Shown piece after piece: positions 1-12,900 of a stretch of 64,000 nt of DNA (within the stretch, counting starts at the first letter, position 1; each line of letters opens with the position of its first letter). Under the pieces are notes generated by a model that was not told the DNA's origin, made no database searches, and was given only the letters and a program-made list of their open reading frames with translations. The stretch comes from Heptranchias perlo (Eukaryota). The translations under genes and the position numbers were made by a program. The stretch is taken from assembly GCF_035084215.1 (NCBI RefSeq), contig NC_090331.1:72602001-72666000 (forward strand). Reading direction: 5' to 3'.

Positions 1-1596
1 AATGGCGGACATGTTGAACAATTACTTTGCGTCAGTATTTACAGTCGAAAAAGAGGATAGCATGCCGGAAACCCCAAGAAAACTTATATTGAATCGGGGA
101 CAGGGACTCGATAAAATTAACATAGGTAAAGCAACAGTAATGAAGAAAATAATAGCACTAAAGAGTGACAAATCCCCAGGACCAGATGGTTTCCATCCCA
201 GGGTTTTAAAGGAAGGAGGTGAGCACATTGCGGATGCCCTAACTATAATCTTTCAAAGTTCTCTAGATTCAGGAACTGTCCCTCTCGTTTAGAAAATTGC
301 ACATGTCACTCTGCTTTTTAAGAAAGGAGAGAGAGGGAAACTGGGGAATTATAGACCAGTTAGCCTAACATCTGTTGTGGGGAAAATGCTGGAGTCTATA
401 ATTAAGGATAGGGTGACTGAATACCTCGAGAATTTTCAGTTAATCAGAGAGAGCCAGCATGGATTTGTGAAAGGTAGGTCGTGCCTGACAAACCTGATGC
501 ATATTTTGAAGAGATGACTAAAGTAGTGGACAGGGGAATGTCAATGGATGTTATTTATATGGACTTCCAGAAGGCATTTGATAAGGTCCCACATAAAAGA
601 GACTGTTAGCTAAGATAGAAGCCCATGGAATCAAGGGAAAAGTACGGACTTGTTAGGAAGTTGGCTGAGCGAAAGGCGACAGAGAGTAGGGATAATGGGA
701 AGGTACTCACATCGGCAGGATGTGACTAGTGGAGTCCCGCAGGGATCTGTCTTGGGGCCTCAATTATTCACAATATTTATTAACGACTTAGATGAAGGCA
801 TAGAAAGTCTCATATCTAAGCTTGCCGATGACACAAAGATTGGTGGCATTATAAGCAGTGTAGATGAAAACATAAAATTACAAAGCGATATTGATAGATT
901 AGGTGAATGGGCAAAACTGTGGCAAATGGAATTCAATGTAGACAAATGTGAGGTCATCCACTTTGGATCAAAAAAGGATATAGAACAGGGTACTTTCTAA
1001 ATGGTAAAAAGTTAAAAACAGTGGATGTCCAAAGGGACTTAGGGGTTCAGGTACATTGATCATTGAAGTGTCATGAACAGGTGCAGAAAATAATCAATAA
1101 GGCTAATGGAATGTTGGCCTTTATATCTGGAGGACTAGAGTACAAGGGGGCAGAAGTTATGCTGCAGCTATACAAAACCCTGGTTAGACCGCACCTGGAG
1201 TACCGTGAGCAGTTCTGGGCACTGCACCTTCGGAAGGACATATTGGCCTTGGAGGGAGTGCAGCGTAGGTTTACTAGAATGATACCCGGACTTCAAGGGT
1301 TAAGTTACGAGGAGAGATTACACAAATTGGGGTTGTATTCTCTCGAGTTTCGAAGGTTAAGCGGTGATCTGATCGAAGTTTATAAGATATTAAGGGGAAC
1401 AGATCGGGTGGATAGATTGGGGATTTTAGGAGTAGGGGGCACAGTCTAAAAATTAGAGCCAGACCTTTCAGGAGTGAGATTAGAAAACATTTCTGCACAC
1501 AAAGCGTTGCAGAAGTTTGGAACTCTCTTCCGCAAACGGCAATTGATACTAGCTCAATTGCTAAATTTCAATCTGAGATAGATAGCTTTTTGGCAA

Positions 1597-3276
1597 CGAA
1601 AAAAAAATCACCACTCGGAGTCAGACTTAAAGATTCAACATGCAGTTTATTGGACAAAGCTTTGGGAGAACCGCTGGACATCCGCAGTGCACGCAGTCAA
1701 TTTTCTCAACTTTAAAATGGTTGTCATGCTTTTTTATACCTTTGAAATACAGATTTTCAGTAGCTTTTACATCATTAATCTTGATTACACAAATTAACCA
1801 ATTAAGCCCGCATGGCAACAACGGACTGCTTACACATTAACCAATTAAGTTTGCATAGCAACAACAGACTGTTTACATATTAACCAATCAAATTAAAACA
1901 ACTGTTATCACCTTAAGACAGTATGCCTTTGTTTCACGCAGTCTGGTTCTATCGTTTTATCAGTTCGTTGTGAAATGTCTTTTGTATTCTGAAGGGATTC
2001 GCAAAATTTCACATGTTCCCCCCACCCCGAAGATTTATTGGAGTTATTAAAGAAACCCTGGTGTGACTGTTTTAAAAAATCCAAGGTCTCTCAAAATGGC
2101 TGCAGTCAGACACATGGCCGAGGACCGGCAGATTTGAAATTGCATTCTCAACAACTTGGCAGGTTTCGTGTCTCAGACAGGTTTCTTTAAACAATGCAGC
2201 TGCATTCTAGCCCTGAGGCAAGCTATCAACATGGCCGGCCAACACATCAAAATTCAAGCAGGAAGTGATCGCAGGACAAAAGGTGAACCATCAAGGTACA
2301 TTCGGAACAATGGTAAAGCAGTTAGCAAACAGATCGATACAGGAAACGGCCATAATGTAAATGGGCCAGAGATGGGGTCCTTTGTCTTACGTTTCGTGCT
2401 TAAATCAAACAATGAAGCAAGCTGATAAGGTATGAAAAAAACCTGTTACCAAGAGGGTATAACTGAAGCTGCCCAGTATATTTCTGGCAGGTAGCTGCTC
2501 TCTTCGCCTCTTGGCCCTGTCCTGTCTGTCTGCTAGCAACTAAGAAGGAAGGCCATTCAGTAAACCTCGCAACCACATGTCGACGGCAACAGCAGGCACA
2601 GGGGCCAGGCCTTTTCATCTGTTTTCACCGGTGAGCATTAATTTTCTGGCTGCCACAAGACAACCTAGCATAAGTGTAAGGTTGGGGGTTAAGGGATATT
2701 GCTAAACTTGTGATTTTAGAATTTTCCCTCGATGTGTCTGTTTCTTTCAACCCGATAAGTGTAAGACTGTATTACATCCATAGCGATTTCTTTATCTTCT
2801 GTATTATACTGTTTACCTTGTAGTTTTAGTTTTCTTATTAATAAACATTGGTTTTCCTTGTACCAAGCCACTGGTCTGTCTGTCTGTCTTTGTTACCACT
2901 CGATAAGTCCTCAGCTCAGAATCAGGAAGGGGTAAGCGATTCGCAACCGCACTGCGGGAAGGGCAGCTCAGGAAAAACATAACTGGCTGACCTATTATAA
3001 GCCCGAGAAACAGTAAAAAAAAGAAACCCCTTACAATTCCCAGACTGTAAGCCAGTTTTGGAATGTACAAACTCAACACTTTTAACTGTCTTTCCCACAG
3101 TCACAGAATCCATTTCGTTTAGTAGTGTCCATTTGTTGTGTTTAAGCTTTAATTAGGGTTAGTCTAATCTACACACAGCGCATTTCAGTGTGGTTTTAGG
3201 GTAAAGACCACCGCCATGTACCCAATAGTCACTTCATCGTTGCCTTTAACCGAACAGGCCAAATTTTACGCTAACA
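1597..3276 (-). mobile_element. Solo LTR (family 2) inserted in CR1, itself interrupted by a family-1 solo LTR
   Basis: Flanked by direct repeat GGCAA(C) at 1592 and 3277. The minus strand starts TGTTAGC and has a TATAAAA (~1735) followed by AATAAA (~1648). The other terminus is degenerate (CG rather than CA). Confidence 0.65.
1990..3035 (+). mobile_element. Solo LTR of the ERV-like family at 27983-41953 (family 1)
   Basis: TGAAGGG...CCCTTACA termini, 4-bp TSD ATTC (1986-1989 and 3036-3039), near-identical to the LTRs at 27983 and 40933. Confidence 0.93.
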
Positions 3277-3410
3277 GGCAACAAAAGGTATTAAGGGATA
3301 TGGGCCAAAGGCCGGTATATGGAGTTAGATCACAGATCAGCCATGATCTCATCAAATGGCGGAGCAGGCAGGAGGGGCTGAATGGCCTACTCCTGTTCCT
3401 ATGTTCCTAT

Positions 3411-3810
3411 GAAAATCAGCAAAAAGCAACAAAGCACATGTTGCATTCATTGCAGAAAACACCTGAAAGATGCCTGATGTGTTATTTATTCTTTCCTCTT
3501 TGCCTCCCAGTCATTTTAATTGTTGCTGAACAAAGTAGTTCTGGAACAATCATGGATCCAAAGTCACCCAGGTCTGTTTCAAATGGTTTGGTGTAACCGC
3601 CTGGTTCTGCTCCCAAACTGGCCGAGATAAAAACAATCAAATCCAGATTATGTTCCTTCGTTTATTGCCTTGTACATATCTGTTTGATGTATAATTGCGA
3701 GTGAGTTTAGTTTCCAGATTGCACCACTGCCCCCTCCCAAAAACCTTCAGACAATGATATCACAGCCAGCACCAATCTGATGACATTATTACCTTCATGT
3801 GCAGCCATAT
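3411..3810 (-). promoter_or_regulatory. Upstream/promoter block of a further gamma-crystallin gene lying left of the window, cut from its TATA box by the CR1 insertion
   Basis: Aligns by eye with 26304-26704 and 54902-55300, which are directly upstream of the crystallin TATA boxes. Confidence 0.75.
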
Positions 3811-4628
3811 ACATACAAACATACGAATTAAGAGCAGGATTAGGCCATTCGGCCTCTCGAGCCTGCTCTGCCATTTGATAAGATCATGGCTGATCTGATT
3901 ATGACCTCAACCCTACTTTCCTGTCTACCTACTATAACCTTTGATTCCCTTGTTAATCAGGAATCCATCCAACTCAGCCTTAAAAATATTCAATGACCCT
4001 GCCTCCACCGCTCTCTGGGGAAGGGAGTCCCACAGACTCATGACCCTCAGAGAAAAAATTTCTCCTCATCTCCGTCTTAAATGGGAGACCCCTTATTTTG
4101 AAACTGTGGCCCCTATTTCTAGTCTCTCCCACAAGGGGAAACATCCACTCAGCATCTACCCCTTCTAGTCCCCTCAGGATCTTATATGTTTCAATAAGAC
4201 CACCTCTCATTCTTCTAAACTCCAGTCGATACAGGCCCAACTTGTCCAACCTTTCCTGATAAGATAACCCCCTCATCCCAGCAATCGGTAAAGTGAACCT
4301 TCTCTGAACCGCCTCTAAAGCAATTATGTCCTTTCTTAAATAAGGAGACCAAAACTGCACACAGTATTCTAGATGTGGTCTCACAAATGCCCTGTCCAAC
4401 TGCAGCAAAACATCTCTACTTTTATATTCCATTCCCCTTGCAATAAATGACAACATTCCATTTGACTTCCTAATCACTTGCTGCACCTGCATACTAACTT
4501 TTTGTGATCCATGGACTCGGACACCCAGATCCCTCTGTACCTCAGAGTTCTGCAATCTCTCTCCATTTAAATAATCTACTGCTTTTCTATTCCTCCTGCC
4601 AAAGTGGACAAGTTCACCTTTTCCCACA
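3811..4628 (-). mobile_element. 5'-truncated CR1 LINE (ORF2 C-terminus and 3' UTR)
   Basis: ORF 3980-4627 ([14 protein letters not shown]) and a CR1-type tail. A paralogous copy sits at the same unit position at 26705-27524. Confidence 0.9.
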
Positions 4629-4904
4629 TATTGTGGATGGTGTATATTAACACAAATTACAGATCATACTTTGTTTATTTGGTTTGCACCTTGTCTTGGA
4701 AAGAAACTTACTGTCTCCATTTTGTTTTAATGTTCGGGACAACAAATAAGATTATTCAAATAAGTAAGAGAACAATAGAAAGTTAAGATGTGGGAGACAA
4801 TGACAGAGTTTGAAAGTAGCTTTCAGCTTTATTTGTTCTGAAGGCTAAGTGAAAAGACCGGGGAGGTCTCCTGAGAGATAACGTGGAAACAAGGATGTGA
4901 GATC

Positions 4905-5215
4905 ATTGCACTTACCCAGAGATCACTGTGCTTTTCCATAGATCACTGTACTTTCCCAGAGAACACAATAATTTCCCAGAGAACACTGTATTTTTCCAGA
5001 GATCACTGTGAACTCCCAGAGATCACTATACTCTCCCAGAGATAACTGTACTCTCGCAGAGATCACTCTACTCTCCCAGAGATAACTGTACTCTCGCAGA
5101 GATCACTGTACTTTCCCAGAGATCACTGTACTCTCGCAGAGATCACTATACTCTCCCAGAGATCACTGTATTTTACAGAGATCACAGAACTTTCCCAGAG
5201 AGCACTGTAATTTCC
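4905..5215. repeat. Short 20-bp tandem repeat (CCCAGAGATCACTGTACTCT-like), seed form of the large minisatellite
   Basis: About 15 degenerate 20-bp units visible; related short arrays occur at the same position in the other crystallin units. Confidence 0.85.
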
Positions 5216-6975
5216 CACTGCCTTTCCCTGTTAATTGAGGAGTAATCCAGTTCGATTTTGAGCTCCCTCAAAGCAGCACAACTTGGGTTGGGAACAAGGT
5301 TGTGCAGTGGATTGTAGCTGTGATACTTTGGCCCCAAACCTTTGCTGTATTTGACCCATAAATCATGAAGCTTATATAAGGGGGGGAAAGTAGACCAATG
5401 ATTGAAAACAGATAAGACCCATTTATTATTGGTCATTGTTAATGTCACTGACCTGAGGAAGATTACTTCCATAAAGAATATCAATTATGTCTTTTAATAA
5501 AAATATGACTGAGGTTGCATTCCAACAAGGAACCAATTGCAGAGTTGTGATTGATTCAGCAAATCGTGCAAATGTGCACCTTACCTGACTGAGTGCAATA
5601 ACAGAAACTCCTGTGATTATAAATTTGTATTTTACAAAATTAGCAACTTTTGTACTCGGGGTAGTTTAGAAGCAGTACTGTCAGTTAAATCATTACAATT
5701 TTAAACTAAATCGTGGAATAAACAAAATTTTCAGGATGGGATTGACGTTGTGCCCCTCATAAGTAAAAATAAAGAATACAGGAAGTGAAATTCGACATCT
5801 CGATTTTCAATATTGGACAATGTTAAGCGACGACACACCAGCGACTTGGCCATTTGTACATATTCTGCTCTATATTAAACTCTGGAAAACATTCTATGTA
5901 TTAACGGCAATAAGTGGTTCCTGAAAACATATGAACATACAAAAATGAAGGGTAGGAAAAGGCCAGCAGATCCATCAAGGCTGCCCCACATGCATGATGG
6001 CTGGAGCATCACAACTGGACCTATCCTACCTCCCCAAAGCCATGTTATCTCCTGCGATCTCCGTCAATCCACTGTGAGACCACAACTTGTCCTTCACAGT
6101 GGAGAAGAGCTCAGTGATCCAAACCTTCTCATTATTTTCACTGCCTGCTCTCTCAGGTTTCAGGGCTGGTCTCCCAGGCGATGTCGGAGCAGAGTGCACT
6201 TCAATCAAATCGACTCTCCGTTAGAAGTGTCATTTTCCTGACTGCAAGATAGCCAGGATTTTGTAAAAAATCCTTCTCACAGTCCATCCAATAAGCAACC
6301 TGGAAATATTATTCCTACTGAGTTTTGAGTTGTACAACCGACTTACATTGAGAACCACGAGCGTGTGTACAGTTACAGCATTGAATCAAATGTGTTTGTT
6401 GCATTTCCACAATGAGCAATATATCCACTTCTTCACTGAATGTGGTGAACATTGGAAGTGGATTTCACGATAATTTTCTTTTCTGATGTGATCTTCAATG
6501 TTTTTACTTTAAAAAGGAGTGACATTCTCTTGGAGTTGAGGACGAGAGTGAAGCTGGACTAAATGCTGTGGATATTTTCACTTTAAAAATGCATGATTTT
6601 TATTCCAGGTTTCCTTTAGTCAACTGAGATGATATAGAAATGAGAACCTTGGATTTCATTCATGGGACAAGCAGCCCTCATTCATAGTGACTTACATTTT
6701 GATGCTCACTTTCATGAAGTCCATGCATTGTATTGTCAATATTATGGACAACATTCATTCCTAAATCTGCATTTACTGAATTGAAATCAATTCATTAGCT
6801 GAGATCAAAGAATAAAATACTCGGCATGAAACCCCAGCCTGAGACTTCCATGAGATTTCTCTGTGATTTCCACGATAATCCAAAAGTAAATGACAAACTC
6901 GTTTGTTCAGTGGAGGAGATTTTATTAATCTTAAGACTATTTCAGAGAGACAAAATCATGTTTCTCAAGAATAAT

Positions 6976-9900
6976 CTAGAAGTCCCTCATGCGCCTGAAA
7001 GATCCGATAGTTGAGCTGTAGCCACCCCAGTCACTGAATCTCCTGTATTCACCGGGTCTCATGAAGTACTGACGGCCTCTGTAGTTGGGATGTTCATAGA
7101 AGGTCCAGTAACCGTCCATCACATGGCAGGAGTGAATGTCACGGGAGCGGAAACGATCGTAGACAGATGGACAGTCATCCATGAATTCCATCATCTGTCC
7201 TCCAAAGTCAGGCCTCTCGTAAATCCTCATTCTGTGGTTTCCACCTCTGTACTGTAATATAAAAAGACCATATTAGTGAAGAAACTATAAATGTTCAGTG
7301 TCTAGAAAGACAGCCTCCTGGTGAGAAGGGAGCTTAAGAAAGATTACAGATGATGTTTCTGAATAGCAAGAGACCGTTCAGTGACATCCATTGAAGCAGC
7401 AGATTCTCTGCTCACTGAAGTCACCAAGCAGCTCATGTGTAATTGATAAGATAAGATGCCTAAGTTCTGAGACTCGCTGTAGATGGTATTTTTACATTCC
7501 AAACTTCCAATCGAACAATTAGGCTTTAAGTTCTAATTGGTTAATTATTGTGAATTAATTCATCCAATTATATTCTCGCATTTTATTGAAACTTTGGACC
7601 GGTGCACAGATCATGGGCATCATTTTGACTCCCAGCCGGGAATTGGGCGGGGGGGCTCAAATTGCGGAAAGAAAACCCAGAAGTACGGCTTCCCTGGACA
7701 TCCTCACGATATTGACGTAAGGACGTCTTTTTTGTGTTCGTTTGCCGTCCGACTGACTCGCCTGATTGACAGGCTGGTCTCAATCAGATGGGAAAACAGC
7801 CAGGGAGAGGATGCGTTCATGTAAGTCTTCAGGTAAATCTTTATTTGTATGGGTGTGGGGGGGCATGGGGGACAGGGTTGGCACAGGGGGCATTCGAGCA
7901 CAGGAGCATGGGGGCACAGCATCATGGGCCACAGGGGCATGGGGACTCAGGGGCCATGGGTTGGCATGAGGCATGGGTTGGCACATGGACATGGGTTGGC
8001 ATGGTGCATGCATTGGCAAGGGGGCATGGGTTGGCAGAGGACTCCTGGGGGGAGTCAGTCAAGGGCAGGAGGGATCGGGGGTCAGTCACAGATGTCCATG
8101 AAATTTGGAGGGGTTGGGGGTCATAGTGGGCGTCCGTGATTGTTGGGGGCAGGATCGTTTTTGGGGGTTGGGGGTCTGCGATCATTGAGGGTGAGCGGAG
8201 ATCGGGGGCAGGGATTCCTGACTGTGGGGAAGGGTCGGGGTTCGGGGGCACGTGTCCGCTATCATTGGGAGACGGTTCGGGATCATCGCGGGGGTTCAGC
8301 TATCATTGGGGGTTCACTGCAGGTAGGCTGGTTGGGCCTGGGGGAAGCATTCCTGCTCCTCCGAACCCACAAGCTGTGTCAGTAAGGCACCTATCTGTTA
8401 GTCTCGGACCTCCTAGCCTCCTTTCAAGTGGCAGAAAAGAGAAGCCCCAGAAATCTCAGCCCCTCGGGGTTGAAATCAGAAACTAGAATCATAGAATCAT
8501 AGAATCATAGAAGTTACAACATGGAAACAGGCCCTTCGGCCCAACATGTCCATTTCGCCCAGTTTATACCACTAAGCTAGTCCCAATTGCCTGCACTTGG
8601 CCCATATCCCTCGATACCCATCTTCCCCATGTAACTGTCCAAATGCTTTTTAAAAGACAAAATTGTACCCGCCTCTACTACTGCCTCTGGCAGCTCGTTC
8701 CAGACACTCACCACCCTTTGAGTGAAAAAATTGCCCCTCTGGATCCTTTTGTATCTCTCCCCTCTCACCTTAAATCTGTGCCCCCTCGTTATAGACTCCC
8801 CTACCTTTGGGAAAAGATTTTGACTATCGACCTTATCTATGCCCCTCATTATTTTATAGACTTCTATAAGATCACCCCTTAACCTCCTACTCTCCAGGGA
8901 ATAAAGTCCCAGTCTGTCTAACCTCTCCCTGTAAGTCAAACCATCAAGTCCCGGTAGCATCCTAGTAAATCTTTTCTGCACTCTTTCTAGTTTAATAATA
9001 TCCTTTCTATAATAGGGTGACCAGAACTGTACACAGTACTCCAAGTGTGGCCTCACCAATGCCCTGTACAACTTCAACAAGACATCCCAACTCCTGCATT
9101 CAATGTTCTGACCAATGAAACCAAGCATGCTGAATGCCTTCTTCACCACCCTATCCACCTGTGACTCCACTTTCAAGGAGCTATGAATCTGTACTCCTAG
9201 ATCTCTTTGTTCTATAACTCTCCCCAACGCCCTACCATTAACGGAGTAGGTCCTGGCCCGATTCGATCTACCAAAATGCATCACCTCACATTTATCTAAA
9301 TTAAACTCCATCTGCCATTCATCGGCCCACTGGCCCAATTTATCAAGATCCCGTTGCAATCCTAGATAACCTTCTTCACTGTCCACAATGCCACCAATCT
9401 TGGTGTCATCTGCAAACTTACTAACCATGCCTCCTAAATTCTCATCCAAATCATTAATATAAATAACAAATAACAGCGGACCCAGCACCGATCCCTGAGG
9501 CACACCGCTGGACACAGGCATCCAGTTTGAAAAACAACCCTCGACAACCACCCTCTGTCTTCTGTCGTCAAGCCAATTTTGTATCCAATTGGCTACCTCA
9601 CCTTGGATCCCATGAGATTTAACCTTATGTAACAACCTACCATGCGGTACCTTGTCAAATGCTTTGCTGAAGTCCATGTAGACCACGTCTACTGCACAGC
9701 CCTCATCTATCTTCTTGGTTACCCCTTCAAAAAACTCAATCAAATTCGTGAGACATGATTTTCCTCTCACAAAACCATGCTGACTGTTCCTAATTAGTCC
9801 CTGCCTCTCCAAATGCCTGTAGATCCTGTCCCTCAGAATACCCTCTAACAACTTACCCACTACAGATGTCAGGCTCACTGGTCTGTAGTTCCCAGGCTTT

Positions 9901-12900
9901 TCCCTGCCGCCCTTCTTAAACAAAGGCACAACATTTGCTACCCTCCAATCTTCAGGCACCTCACCTGTAGCGGTGGATGATTCAAATATCTCTGCTAGGG
10001 GACCCGCAATTTCCTCCCTAACCTCCCATAACGTCCTGGGATACATTTCATCAGGTCCCGGAGATTTATCTACCTTGATGCGCGTTAAGACTTCCAGCAC
10101 CTCCCTCTCTGTAATATGTACACTCCTCAAGACATCACTATTTATTTCCCCAAGTTCCCTAACATCCATGCCTTTCTCAACCGTAAATACCGATGTGAAA
10201 TATTCATTCAGGATCTCACCCATCTCTTGTGGTTCCGCACTTAGATGACCTTGTTGATCCTTAAGAGGCCCTACTCTCTCCCTAGTTACCCTTTTGCCCT
10301 TTATGTATTTGTAGAAGCTCTTTGGATTCACCTTTGCCTGATCTGCCAAAGCAATCTCATATCCCCTTTTTGCCCTCCTGATTTCTCTCTTAACTCTACT
10401 CCGGCAATCTCTATACTCTTCAAGGGATCCACTTGATCCCAGCTGCCTATGCATGTCATATGCCTCCTTCTTATTTTTGACTAGTGCCTCAATCTCCCGA
10501 GTCATCCAAGGTTCCCTACTTCTACCAGCCTTGCCCTTCACTTTATAAGGAATGTGCTTACCCTGAACCCTGGTTAACACACTTTTGAAAGCCTCCCACT
10601 TACCAGACGTCCCTTTGCCTGCCAACAGACTCTCCCAATCAACTTCTGAAAGTTCCTGTCTAATACCATCAAAATTGGCCTTTCCCCAATTTAGAATTTT
10701 AACTTTTGGGCCAGACCTATCCTTCTCCATAGCTATCTTAAAACTAATGGAATTATGATCACTGGTCCCAAAGTGATCCCTCACTAACACTTCTGTCACC
10801 TGCCCTTCCTTATTTCCCAAGAGGAGGTCAAGTTTTGCCCCCTCTCTAGTCGGGCCATCCACATACTGAATGAGAAATTCCTCCTGAATGCACTCAACAA
10901 ATTTCTCTCCATCCAAGCCCCTAATGCTATGGCTGTCCCAGTCAATGTTGGGAAAGTTAAAGTCCCCTACTATTACCACCCTATTTTTCTTGCAGCTGTC
11001 TGTAATCTCCTTACATATTTGCTCCTCAATTTCCCGTTGACTATTTGGGGGTCTGTAGTACAATCCTATCAAAGTGATCTCTCCCTTCTTATTTTTCAGT
11101 TCTACCCATATGGACTCAGTGGGCGAACCCTCGGATATATCCCCTCTCACTACTGCCGTGATGTTCTCCCGAATCAAGAACGCAACTCCCCCTCCTCTCT
11201 TACCTCCTGCTCTATCTTTCCTATAGCATCTGTACCCTGGAACATTGAGCTGCCAGTCCTGCCCCTCCCTTAGCCATGTTTCAGTAATAGCTATAACATC
11301 CCAGTCCCATGTACCCATCCATGCCCTGAGTTCATCTGCCTTGCCCATCAGACTTCTTGCATTGAAATAAATGCAGTTTAATCTAGACTTCCCTTGGTCT
11401 TTGCCCTGCTTTCTCAGACCATCTGTCCGGTCATGTTCTGTACACTCTCCCTTACTGCCTTTTGTTTCTGTCACCACTTTATTTCCCACTGACTTCCTGC
11501 ATCGGTTCCCATCCCCCTGCCACATTAGTTTAAACCCTCCCCAACAGCACTGGCAAACACTCCCCCTAGGACATTGGTTCCAGTCCTGCCCAGATGCAGA
11601 CCGTCCAATTTGTACTGGTCCCACCTCCCCCAGAACCGGTTCCAATGGCCCAGGAATTTGAATCCCTCCAGCTTGCACCATCTCTCAAGCCACGTATTCA
11701 TCTTAGCTATCCTGTCATTCCTACTCTGACTAACCCGTGGCACTGGTAGCAATCCTGAGATTACTACCTTTGAGGTCCTACTCTTTAGTTTAACTCCTAA
11801 TTCCCTAAATTCAGCTTGTAGGACCTCATCCTGTTTTTTACCTATATCGTTGGTGCCTATATGCACCACGACAACTGGCTGTTCACCCTCCCCCTCCAGA
11901 ATGTCCTGCAGCCGCTCCGAGACATCCTTAACCCTTGCACCAGGGAGGCAACATACCATCCTGGAGTCTCGGTTGCGTCCGCAGAAACGCCTGTCTATTC
12001 CCCTTACAATCGAGTCCCCTATCACTATAGCTCTGCCACTCTTTTTCCTGCCCTCCTGTGCAGCAGAGCCAGCCACGGTGCCATGAACCTGGCCACTGCC
12101 ACCTTCCCCTGGTGAGTCATCTCCGCCAACAGTATCCAAAACGGTATACCTGTTTTGGAGGGAGATGACCGCAGGGGACCCCTGCACTGCCTTCCTACTC
12201 TTCCTCTGTCTGTTGGTCACCCATTCACTATCTCCCTCAGTAATTTTTATCTGCGGTGTGACCAACTCACTGAACGTGCTATCCACGACTTTCTCAGCAT
12301 CGCGGATGCTCCAAAGTGAGTCCATCCGCAGCTCCAGAGCCGTCAAGCGGTCAAACAATAGCTGCAGCTGGACACACTTCCCGCAGGTGAAGGAATCAGG
12401 GATACAGGAAGGAGCCCTGAATTCCCACATCCCACAAGAGGAACATGACACGGCGCTGGGATCTCCTGCCATGACTTAACCCTTAAATTAGCTTAAGAAC
12501 AACTACAATGTCAAGAGAAAAAAAAAGGAAAGAAAAACTACTTACCACTCCCTTTAAGGAGTTTACTCCTTTAAATTGTTCTCAATTTAGAGAATGTTAA
12601 CTACACTAGGGACCTTGATTCACTGTGGAAAATTGGAGGCCTGCAGCGTCAATGAAAGGTTTTAAAGTCTGACCAGCCTCCTGGGAGTGGCTTGGCCACC
12701 CACCCCCTCATCCCACCCCGGTAAAAAGGTGGAATGGGGGTGGGTTAGGGGTGGGTCTGAAATGGTTGAGATTTTGAAAGCCCCCACCACTCCCAACCCA
12801 CCCGTTTTTCATTACTAAAAGCGTGCGCAATATTTCACCTAGTCTTTTAAGTTTGGATAATTAAACTGTTCATAACCAAGCTATGTATCTTCATTGTCAT

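Larger units (their letters stand above)
1..3410 (+). mobile_element. CR1 LINE, degraded ORF2 (RT) and 3' UTR, interrupted at 1597-3276 by nested solo LTRs
   Basis: ORFs 2-292, 650-1000 and 1063-1449 carry CR1 RT motifs ([28 protein letters not shown]). The sequence resumes at 3277 and ends in a (TGTTCCTA)n-type tail at about 3410. Confidence 0.9.
8485..12621 (-). mobile_element. Near full-length CR1 LINE with intact ORF1 and ORF2
   Basis: (TTCTATGA)n 3' tail at 8485-8512, uninterrupted ORF2 and ORF1, and a possible short ACT duplication at the ends. Confidence 0.95.
7615..12828. mobile_element. Non-autonomous DNA transposon (MITE-like) in intron 2 of gene A, split by the CR1 at 8485-12621
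   Basis: Absent from paralogous introns (CAGATCAT/ATGTCACCTA is contiguous in genes C and D). Has degenerate terminal inverted repeats and G-rich internal repeats (GGGCATG)n. Confidence 0.6.

Noticed and set aside
2156-3113. Recurrent short ORFs in the LTRs (MAGFVSQTG..., MKTDEKAW...)
   Set aside because: They use alternative starts, lengths and frames differ among LTR copies, and recurrence is explained by LTR copy number.
6093-6112. miR-27-like sequence TTCACAGTGG in a hairpin
   Set aside because: Only the first 10 nt match and the stem is too short for a pre-miRNA.
6026-6208. 60-aa ORF MIEVHSAP... repeated in most units
   Set aside because: TTG start, no recognisable domain, partly overlaps a LINE-like 3' tail; recurrence follows unit duplication.
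7704-8486. Cluster of overlapping Gly/His/Pro-rich ORFs
   Set aside because: Low-complexity G-rich MITE interior lacking stop codons.
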